Below, piece by piece: positions 57,048-64,000 of a stretch of DNA of 64,000 bases. A program made the translations under genes and the position numbers. The stretch spans positions 18,373 through 82,372 of the forward strand of contig CALXPL010000003.1 of assembly GCA_944390275.1 (NCBI GenBank), given 5' to 3'. Position 1 is the first letter of the stretch. Each line of letters starts with the position of its first letter. Source of the stretch: an uncultured Alphaproteobacteria bacterium (GTDB taxonomy: Bacteria > Pseudomonadota > Alphaproteobacteria > RF32 > CAG-239). Under the pieces are notes generated by a model. It was given only the letters and a program-made list of their open reading frames with translations. It had not been told where the DNA came from and searched no databases.

Positions 57048-57668
57048 ATGAAATTTTTGAAATTCGTTTATCCTATTCTTGCCGCAACTTGGTTGGCGAC
57101 TCCTTGTTGGGCTCAAATGCAAAATTTACCCATTAATTCTTTGCCTCCCCCTAATATTTTTGGCGGTTTGGCTATCATGGAAGCTCTTAATAATCGCCAT
57201 TCTGGAAAGGATTTTAGTTACAATACTATTGATTACCAAACGCTTAGCGAAATTCTATGGGCAGCTTGGGGAATTAATCGCGATGATGGGAAACGTACCG
57301 TTCCAACAGCTATGAATCAACAAAATATGCAAGTCTATGTGTTGATGGCTAACGGAGCTTGGCTGTATAATGCTCAAAATAACAATATTGAACAAGTTAC
57401 GGCTCAAGATTTGAGAAGTTATTTACAAACTCAAGAATATACTCAAAATGCTCCGGTTTTCTTGCTTTATACAACAAATGGTAATCCTGCAGGAATGACT
57501 GATGCTATGCAGGCTGGGTCTATGTACCAAAATGTAGCTCTCTATTGTGCGGCTAAAGGATTAAATAATGTTGTGCGGGCCGATTTCCAAAAATCAGATT
57601 TAGCTGCTGCTCTTGGTATTGATGAAGATACTATCTTGATTTCTCAAGTTGTCGGCTATCCTATTTAA
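57048..57668 (+). CDS. Secreted nitroreductase-fold protein (SagB/ThcOx-like dehydrogenase family).
   Basis: RBS GGAGG 5 nt upstream of the ATG. Signal peptide MKFLKFVYPILAATWLATPCWAQ. Nitroreductase-like core (LWAAWGINR...RTVPTAMNQQNMQVYVL). Confidence 0.55.
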   Translation: MKFLKFVYPILAATWLATPCWAQMQNLPINSLPPPNIFGGLAIMEALNNRHSGKDFSYNTIDYQTLSEILWAAWGINRDDGKRTVPTAMNQQNMQVYVLMANGAWLYNAQNNNIEQVTAQDLRSYLQTQEYTQNAPVFLLYTTNGNPAGMTDAMQAGSMYQNVALYCAAKGLNNVVRADFQKSDLAAALGIDEDTILISQVVGYPI

Positions 57669-57805
57669 TTTTTTCTTATGTTTTTTATAAGGCAGTCTTT
57701 CTGCCTTATTTTTTTATGTCCTTTTTCTTCTTTCCAAGTAAAATTAGGTATTTACATGTTGCAACAAATATGTTATATTAGAGTCGTGATGATAAGAAGG
57801 AGGAT

Positions 57806-58972
57806 GTGATGAAGAGTATATCAAAGATACTATTACTGTCTGCTGTCGGCTTATATGTTGAGAGCGGAAATTTATCTTATGCGTCTTTTGAGGCAGCTTC
57901 ATTTCACCTCAAGTCTGGCATTCCCACTTTACACACACATCACACATACATACGCCATACTCAGGAAATACTCAACTTATCATCACACCTTTTTGATAAA
58001 GGAACAGATAAGGGTGTGAAAATTGCTTCGGTGTGTTTTATAACCGATGCGGGAAATTGTGGAGCAGACAAATTCGGTAATACGGAAACTCCTGACGGTG
58101 GCGGGGGCGGAGGAAATCCCGATGACCACGGCACTCCTGAGGAACTTTGTAAACAAGCCGGTTATACCAACACGCCTTGTCCCGATGGAAGCTCCCCTAC
58201 CTCTTATTGCCCTTATGACAGTTCTTATCATTCCGATTGTGAATGTTCTTCCGAATATAATCAAGTTTGTGATACGGCTCTTGGAGAACAAGGTGTTGGG
58301 AATCCTTGCGGCGGCAAATATAAAGAATGTTGTAATCTCTGTTCTGATTATAAATATACATCTATTCCCTCGGGTTATGTGAACAACGGTGAATGTCAAT
58401 CTTGTGATGGTAAAAAATACAAAATCAAATGCGACCCACAAAAATATGTTTTAGCACCAACCTGTGGAACATTGGGCGGCTATGGTAATACCTGTTCCGA
58501 TGATAGCGGAACTTATTATACTGAATGTAAATGTCCCAATAATTATGAATGGAGTTCCTCGCAAAAGAAATGCGTTTGTGCCACTTCTTTCAAATATTCT
58601 TGCTCCGGTACGGGGTATTCGGGAGGAGATGGGAATTCTTGCGACAACAAATATTCAAAATGTAAATGTGCAAACGGTTTTACATGGAATGCTTCGCAAG
58701 GGGCATGTGTTTGTTCAAGTTCTTATAAATACTCATGTAGTGGAACGGGCTATGCCGGAGGAGAGGGAACTGCTTGTAATGGCAAATATTCACAATGTAA
58801 ATGCGCAAGCGGTTATGTTTGGAATGCTTCGCAAGGAGCTTGTGTCTGTAATGGTTTAGACTGGTGTTCTCTTAACCAAAATTGTTCGGCTTGGGGTTAT
58901 GCCAAACAAAGTTGTGAGGGAAAATCCGTTAAATGTCCATTTAACATGAATTATGTTTATTGCCTCGATTAG
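57806..58972 (+). CDS. Secreted cysteine-rich repeat protein of 388 aa with about 56 Cys.
   Basis: Signal peptide and a Gly-rich linker (PDGGGGGGNPDD). Three tandem repeats of about 48 aa: C[VK]C...YSCSGTGY[SA]GG[DE]G..C..KYS[KQ]CKCA.G..WNASQGACVC. Confidence 0.5.
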   Translation: MMKSISKILLLSAVGLYVESGNLSYASFEAASFHLKSGIPTLHTHHTYIRHTQEILNLSSHLFDKGTDKGVKIASVCFITDAGNCGADKFGNTETPDGGGGGGNPDDHGTPEELCKQAGYTNTPCPDGSSPTSYCPYDSSYHSDCECSSEYNQVCDTALGEQGVGNPCGGKYKECCNLCSDYKYTSIPSGYVNNGECQSCDGKKYKIKCDPQKYVLAPTCGTLGGYGNTCSDDSGTYYTECKCPNNYEWSSSQKKCVCATSFKYSCSGTGYSGGDGNSCDNKYSKCKCANGFTWNASQGACVCSSSYKYSCSGTGYAGGEGTACNGKYSQCKCASGYVWNASQGACVCNGLDWCSLNQNCSAWGYAKQSCEGKSVKCPFNMNYVYCLD

Positions 58973-58986
58973 AAAGGAGAAAAGAA

Positions 58987-59736
58987 ATGAGAAAATATAC
59001 TTTATTAACTTCGGTTTTGTTAACGGCTCCTTTTTCTGCGAGCAATGTTTTGGCACAATGTGTTGCCACCCAAGACTGCGCAAGTTTAGGTTATACCGAA
59101 ACTTCTTGCCAAAACGGTGGTATCAAATGTCCCTTTGGCGATAAATGGGCTTGCAAAAGCGACGGAACAACAGATTGTACTTATGGAACAATTTATTTTT
59201 CTGACGGAAGCTGTGGAGAACAACTTATCAAAGGAAAAACAGCTATTGGTGTCGTTGTCTATGATGAAAATAATGAAAAATGGATTGTTTCTTTATATAA
59301 TGTAAGTACTAATGTAAAATGGTCAGAAGAATATGTTGATATACCTGAAATAACAAATTATACAGGGCAAACGGAAATATATGATTTGAAGAGCTGCGAA
59401 AATACGGAAGCGATGCTCGCTTTAGGCAAATCGAAATATCCTGCTGCGCTTGCTGCCACGTATTATGCTCCAACAGGAGCGGAAAGTACTGCAGGAAAAT
59501 GGTGTTTACCGGCAGCAGGTATTTGGAATGCGATAGATAATCATCTTGCTGAAATAGATGCTGCTATAATATTGGCAAATGGAGAACCCATAGGAAATTC
59601 AGAATATGAAACTTATTGGACTTCGTCAGAATGTACTTATTACTACGCTGCGTATAGAATTTTTTCCGGTGAACTCGTTTGCGCTATCAAAAGTAGCTTT
59701 TATGATCGTAATGTTCGCCCAGTTTTAAAAATTTAA
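58987..59736 (+). CDS. Secreted cysteine-containing protein, paralogous at its N-terminal module to the C-terminus of the upstream Cys-rich protein.
   Basis: Start set at ATG 58987 with RBS AAAGGAG. Signal peptide MRKYTLLTSVLLTAPFSASNVLAQ. It shares the SCxxGxxKCPF...C module with the previous protein (SCQNGGIKCPFGDKWAC versus SCEGKSVKCPFNMNYVYC). Confidence 0.5.
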   Translation: MRKYTLLTSVLLTAPFSASNVLAQCVATQDCASLGYTETSCQNGGIKCPFGDKWACKSDGTTDCTYGTIYFSDGSCGEQLIKGKTAIGVVVYDENNEKWIVSLYNVSTNVKWSEEYVDIPEITNYTGQTEIYDLKSCENTEAMLALGKSKYPAALAATYYAPTGAESTAGKWCLPAAGIWNAIDNHLAEIDAAIILANGEPIGNSEYETYWTSSECTYYYAAYRIFSGELVCAIKSSFYDRNVRPVLKI

Positions 59737-59783
59737 TTTATTGTTCTAATTTATAGTTTTTATTTTCTCGTCAATGTTGCTCT

Positions 59784-59820
59784 AAAAAACTCCCTTATCT
59801 TCAAAATAAGGGAGTTTTTG
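59784..59820. terminator. Bidirectional rho-independent terminator between the Cys-rich gene (+) and ftsZ (-).
   Basis: AAAAAA ctcccttat cttcaaa ataagggag TTTTT. Confidence 0.7.
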
Positions 59821-59830
59821 GTTCGTCTTC

Positions 59831-61555
59831 TTATCTTCTTCTTAAAAATGACGGTATTTCTAAATTCATTCTATCATCATTTTCGTTGTCTTCTGAAAAA
59901 GAGGGCGCTATTTGTTCTTGAGCTTGCTCGCTTTCTTTCAGTTTCTTGCGGTTCCTTTTCGCTATGGAAAATCCCGTTACGCGCTCTATTAATGTTGGTG
60001 TATATTCTTCATCTTCATCACTAACTATTAATTTTTCTTGCTCCTCTTCAATACTCTTGTGCGTGAAGGGTTTGGGATTATGGTTGGGGAAAAGTTCCGG
60101 TTCTTCTTCAACATTCTTTACGCTCGTTTTGGCGGTGAAAACATTTTCGTTTGATGATAAGATGTTTTCTAATTGTGCGTTGACTGAAGCGTCTTCGGTT
60201 TTGTTGTTGATTATGGCCTTGAATAAGGATGATGCTTGCGGCATTTCACTTATTACCTCCGATGCATCCAGACTGCTGAAAGTTTCAACCTTCTTTTCTT
60301 CAACGATATTTTCTTGTATGTTTCTGTTTTCCGCTTCTTTAGCTACTTCTTTTTCTGTAACTGTCGGTTCTTCTTTTATTATTTCTTTGATTATTTCTTT
60401 TTCTGTTGCTGCTGCTGTTGTCGGTGCTTCCGTAACTGGTTTTGTCGCTGAGAATTTTTCTAAGTTCGAATCTATTTCTGAACTCGGTATGGTCGGCTTG
60501 CTGACTTCATGTATGTAGCTTTGCTCAATGTAGCTTGCTATTTTGGCTGCTTGAGGCTGCTGTGGTTTGTTCGCGTTGCCTATGGCATCGCCTATACCTG
60601 TTGCTACTATCGAAACTCTTATCTTTCCGTTTAGGGTTTCATCAAAACTCGAGCCGAAAATGATGTTGGCTTCATCGTCAACTTCTTCTTTAATACGACT
60701 GGCGGCTTCATCTATTTCAAATAATGTTATATCGTTGCCTCCGGTAATGTTTATTAATACCCCTTTGGCTCCTTTCATGTTACAATCATCTAATAACGGA
60801 TTCGATAAGGCTTGTTCCGCTGCTTTGACCGCTCGGTCTTCTCCTTCCGCTTCTCCCGTTCCCATGATGGCTTTGCCTTTATCCTGCATAATCGATTTTA
60901 TGTCGGCAAAATCCAAATTGATTAATCCAGGCATCATCATTAAATCCGTAATTGAACGAACCCCTGAATATAAAACATTATCTGCCATAATAAAGGCATC
61001 TGCTAATGTCGTTTTCTTGTCGGCTATACGGAATAAATTTTGATTGGGAATGATTATGATACTATCTACGGCTTTGGTAAATTCTTCAACGGCTTTTTCC
61101 GCTGTTTCCATTCTCTTTCTGCCTTCAAATTGGAACGGTTTGGTAACGACACCAATCGTCAATATTCCCTTTTCTTTAGCGAGTTTGGCAACAACAGGGG
61201 CTGCTCCGGAGCCTGTACCACCGCCCATGCCGGCTGTGATGAAAACCATATTGGAGCCTTCTATCTCCTTTTCTATTTCTTCTTTGGCTTCTTCCGCGGC
61301 TTGTTTCCCTATCTCCGGACGTGCTCCGGCTCCTAAACCTTGTGTCGTCTTCAATCCTAACTGTATTTTCCTGCTCGCTGATGAGTGCGCTAACGCTTGC
61401 GAATCGGTATTGGCAACAATAAAATCAACTCCTTCTAAATTTTGAGCTATCATGTTGTTTACTGCGTTGCCTCCGCCCCCTCCGACTCCAATTACGGATA
61501 TACGGGGTTTTAAATGGGTAATACTCGTTTCGGGTACAGCTAGTTTGATAGACAT
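59831..61555 (-). CDS. ftsZ: Cell division protein FtsZ with a long (about 250 aa) E/K/T-rich C-terminal linker.
   Basis: GTP-binding motifs [10 protein letters not shown] and the tubulin signature [11 protein letters not shown]-terminal conserved peptide ...[10 protein letters not shown]. 574 aa. Confidence 0.95.
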   Translation of the reverse strand: MSIKLAVPETSITHLKPRISVIGVGGGGGNAVNNMIAQNLEGVDFIVANTDSQALAHSSASRKIQLGLKTTQGLGAGARPEIGKQAAEEAKEEIEKEIEGSNMVFITAGMGGGTGSGAAPVVAKLAKEKGILTIGVVTKPFQFEGRKRMETAEKAVEEFTKAVDSIIIIPNQNLFRIADKKTTLADAFIMADNVLYSGVRSITDLMMMPGLINLDFADIKSIMQDKGKAIMGTGEAEGEDRAVKAAEQALSNPLLDDCNMKGAKGVLINITGGNDITLFEIDEAASRIKEEVDDEANIIFGSSFDETLNGKIRVSIVATGIGDAIGNANKPQQPQAAKIASYIEQSYIHEVSKPTIPSSEIDSNLEKFSATKPVTEAPTTAAATEKEIIKEIIKEEPTVTEKEVAKEAENRNIQENIVEEKKVETFSSLDASEVISEMPQASSLFKAIINNKTEDASVNAQLENILSSNENVFTAKTSVKNVEEEPELFPNHNPKPFTHKSIEEEQEKLIVSDEDEEYTPTLIERVTGFSIAKRNRKKLKESEQAQEQIAPSFSEDNENDDRMNLEIPSFLRRR

Positions 61556-61735
61556 TGTTTTTCTTTCTCCAATCTAAAAATTTTTTTTCTTTATTTCTAA
61601 TCTACTCTTAATTCATTAAGTAAACGTTACTACTTAATCTATTTTTTTGTTTTTTAATTTATTTGACTTTCTTTTATTTTTTGCTATTTAATTTTTATGA
61701 ATTTTATTATTGTTATTTATTAATTTTGTATTTGT

Positions 61736-61885
61736 ATGAAAACACGTTTTTTTCAATGTGTCGGTTTGGCTGTCCTTTTTGTGGGCGGTATGGCTTCTGG
61801 AATTTTGCTGACTAAAATCAATTTTTCCAAGTTTGCGGATAAAATCATTGATGATATTCGTAATGATGATGAACCGATTATGTAA
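61736..61885 (+). CDS. Possible small membrane protein of 49 aa, encoded antisense within the ftsA-ftsZ intergenic region.
   Basis: MKTRFFQCVGLAVLFVGGMASGILLTKINFSKFADKIIDDIRNDDEPIM with one TM helix. A hairpin terminator (aagccatga ttttttt tcatggctt TTTTT) lies at 61923-61952. Confidence 0.25.
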   Translation: MKTRFFQCVGLAVLFVGGMASGILLTKINFSKFADKIIDDIRNDDEPIM

Positions 61886-61952
61886 GTGTCTATAATCTTT
61901 GTTTTGAAGATTATTTCTGTTTGAAGCCATGATTTTTTTCATGGCTTTTTTC

Positions 61953-63206
61953 TTAAAAGTTTTGTTTCATCCAGCCAAATATTTTACTGAAACTTGACCC
62001 GTTGTGCGGAGCCTTATTTATAATCTTTCCAGGTTTCTTTTCCGTATAGTTTAGTGCAAATAAAAGCAAACCTACCGCTGTCGAAAATGCCGGATTGTAT
62101 AAATTGTCCGGAAGATTTAATATGTTTCTTGGCTTGCCTAGTCGAACTTGTTTATCTAATATCATCGCGGCAACATCTCTTATTCCCGATAAGTTGCTTC
62201 CTCCTCCCGTGAGTACTACTCGGTGGCTCGAGATGTTTTTTAAACCTTGTTCGCTGAGTTTTTGATTCACTAGTTCAAATGTTTCTTCTATACGCGGAGT
62301 TATGATACTGATTAATTCTGCTTTGGGAACCTGTTTTATTGAACTGTCGTCTTCTTCTCCAACAGGATATACATTTATGCTTTCTTCTTTGTCTTTACTT
62401 GTCATAAAGGCGCAACCATGTAATGTTTTTAATCTTTCTGCATGCGTAAATGATGTGGTCAATCCCCATGCTATGTCGTTGGTAACGTTATTCCCTCCTA
62501 CCGGAAGTGCTGCAAAATAGGTCGGATGACCATGCTTGAAACTGCATATGCTGGTTGTGCCTCCTCCTATATCTATTATGGTCGAACCTATTTCCATTTC
62601 ATCTTCAACTAGACACGTTAACCCCGAGGCATAAGCCGAAAATGCTTTTTCCGCTATCTCTAAATGTGAGTTTTCTATTACGGTTTCGACATTGCGAAAC
62701 ATTATTTCCGGTATCAATCCAAGCAATATATCAACACTTAAATTTTCTCCGTAGATATTGCGCGGGTCTTTTATTTCTTCTCCGTTATCACATTTGTAAC
62801 TCATGGGAAGGCAATGGATTAATTCGTTGCCTTCAACATTGATTTTGTGAATGCCTTTTTCAATGACTTTGTTTATATCATTTTCACTTATCGGACGGTT
62901 CTTGCTTATGGATATGTTGGCACTCTTTATGACGCTTTTTATTTTATCTCCCGATATATTGACAATTACTCGATCTATTCTTTCATTTGCCATTTGTTCC
63001 GCTGTTTCAACCGCATTACATACCGATAGGGTTGCTTGATTTAAATCTGTTATAATTCCGTTCTTTATTCCTTTGGAGGCGTTGTAACCGTATCCGACGA
63101 CGTTTATTCTTTTATCTCGGCTGATTTTGGCTATGATGCAGCATACCTTAGATGAGCCTATATCTAATGCGGCTACCGTTGTCAGACGATTAAATGAATG
63201 TGTCAA
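61953..63206 (-). CDS. ftsA: Cell division protein FtsA.
   Basis: Actin/Hsp70-fold ATPase. N-terminal ALDIGSSKVCCIIA. 417 aa. Located between ftsQ and ftsZ. Confidence 0.9.
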   Translation of the reverse strand: MTHSFNRLTTVAALDIGSSKVCCIIAKISRDKRINVVGYGYNASKGIKNGIITDLNQATLSVCNAVETAEQMANERIDRVIVNISGDKIKSVIKSANISISKNRPISENDINKVIEKGIHKINVEGNELIHCLPMSYKCDNGEEIKDPRNIYGENLSVDILLGLIPEIMFRNVETVIENSHLEIAEKAFSAYASGLTCLVEDEMEIGSTIIDIGGGTTSICSFKHGHPTYFAALPVGGNNVTNDIAWGLTTSFTHAERLKTLHGCAFMTSKDKEESINVYPVGEEDDSSIKQVPKAELISIITPRIEETFELVNQKLSEQGLKNISSHRVVLTGGGSNLSGIRDVAAMILDKQVRLGKPRNILNLPDNLYNPAFSTAVGLLLFALNYTEKKPGKIINKAPHNGSSFSKIFGWMKQNF

Positions 63207-63238
63207 CTTATCCCCCTATATCTTATTCTCTCTTCTTT

Positions 63239-64000
63239 TTATATCTTATTCTCTTTTCTTTTTGGCGACCTTGTCGGTCTTTTCCCGCTTCTTTCCAACT
63301 TTATTATTACTTTTCCTTTTAATCTTAAATCAATGTTGGTTAATTTACGTTTAAGAATGTTTTTGCTTTTATTTAATTTTAGTAATTTTTTCCATGCCTC
63401 TTTAACTCCTTGGGCCGGAAGTTTTATGGTTATTCCGTTGCTTATATCATCTAAAATTAAGTTCCAGCGGCGATTGGAAATGTAATGCGCTACTCTTATT
63501 CTTTGAAAAATCTCTGATTCTGTATCTAATTCTGATAATAATTCGTTGATGTGCTCCGGAGCGTTGTCTCCGACTATGAGTAATAGCGGTTTATCCGGAG
63601 TGTAGGGGGCTTCGATTACCTTTCCTTCTTCGCTGATGGGATAAAATTTTTCTTGATGTTGCCAGAGACTTTTTACTTCATGCTCCTTTAAACTTATTTG
63701 TATTACATTGGGCGAATAACTCCTTCTGATGCGGGCTTGTTTTACCCAAGGAAGTTCCTCTATTCTTCTTTTCAATTCGTATAAATCAATTTCTAATATA
63801 TTACTGTGGCGATTGAGGCCGCTTTGCGCTAAAAGTTCTTCTTTTCCGGTATGCTTTCTTCCTTCTACTATTATATCATCTAGTGTAAAGCCTAATTCTG
63901 ATGTCATGAGGAAAAACGAATCTTTTAAACTTAAGAGTTGCTTATTAATTAAGTCTGTTTTTATGGTGATGGTTATGGAGGCTAGAAATAATATTATTCC
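63239..64000 (-). CDS. ftsQ: Cell division protein FtsQ. The N-terminus, including the TM helix, extends beyond the window end.
   Basis: POTRA-containing periplasmic domain. Reading upstream of the first in-frame ATG at 63907 gives no stop, and the frame continues through a TM helix (GIILFLASITITI...). The true start is therefore outside the window. Confidence 0.75.
   Translation of the reverse strand, partial: GIILFLASITITIKTDLINKQLLSLKDSFFLMTSELGFTLDDIIVEGRKHTGKEELLAQSGLNRHSNILEIDLYELKRRIEELPWVKQARIRRSYSPNVIQISLKEHEVKSLWQHQEKFYPISEEGKVIEAPYTPDKPLLLIVGDNAPEHINELLSELDTESEIFQRIRVAHYISNRRWNLILDDISNGITIKLPAQGVKEAWKKLLKLNKSKNILKRKLTNIDLRLKGKVIIKLERSGKRPTRSPKRKENKI

Noticed and set aside
59946-61445. 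Long + strand ORFs antisense to ftsZ (59946..60518, 60236..60451, 60567..61043 and 61044..61445)
   Set aside because: ftsZ is unambiguous. The antisense frames are Ser/Phe/Cys-rich junk, and poly-C/F runs come from the E/K-rich linker.
61688-61942. Minus-strand 84-aa ORF in the ftsA-ftsZ spacer
   Set aside because: It is low-complexity (N/K/H-rich), has no RBS and overlaps the better-supported + strand small ORF and terminator. It is likely spurious.

Overview
AT-rich (~33% GC) chromosomal segment of a flagellated Gram-negative bacterium. Most of it is housekeeping genes, with several accessory patches. Gene-order hallmarks suggest an alphaproteobacterium, possibly host-associated: DUF374-kdtA-lpxK, rnd next to aspS, lon near hupB, a long-linker FtsZ, and a MotE-type MgtE_N protein. 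This placement is an inference.

Left to right, the window contains:
- the 3' end of a split MacA/MacB-like tripartite efflux system, a cold-shock gene and tRNA-fMet
- an island of five ORFans next to that tRNA
- a tightly packed minus-strand flagellar operon fliL-fliM-orf159-motE-like-TPR giant (1032 aa) that runs straight into uvrB
- a divergent pair encoding a 228-aa protein and a 922-aa prepilin-leader beta-helical repeat protein
- PiT/DUF47, a DsbA-like gene, xseB-ispA, an ArsR regulator, rnd, two ORFans, aspS and tRNA-Gln
- a membrane-anchored GH108 muramidase, a small OMP and an AKR1-like reductase
- a fliN-DUF374-kdtA-lpxK operon
- lon, malQ, hupB, scoAB and tRNA-Val
- an eptA-like/msbA-like/rmlA LPS block and a short ankyrin-like remnant
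- a LysR-controlled minus-strand operon encoding a Tat-signal AKR-[4Fe-4S] fusion, a signal-anchored flavodoxin and a NapH-like membrane polyferredoxin; tatA-tatC follow co-directionally
- an MBL hydrolase, tRNA-Thr, crcB and a secreted nitroreductase-like protein
- two tandem secreted Cys-rich repeat proteins
- ftsQ(partial)-ftsA-ftsZ

No CRISPR array, rRNA, transposase or integrase was seen. The most novel-looking candidates are the periplasmic redox operon (49.6-54.2 kb), the prepilin-leader giant repeat protein (14.7-18.1 kb), the Cys-rich secreted tandem (57.8-59.7 kb) and the TPR/MotE-like flagellar accessory block.
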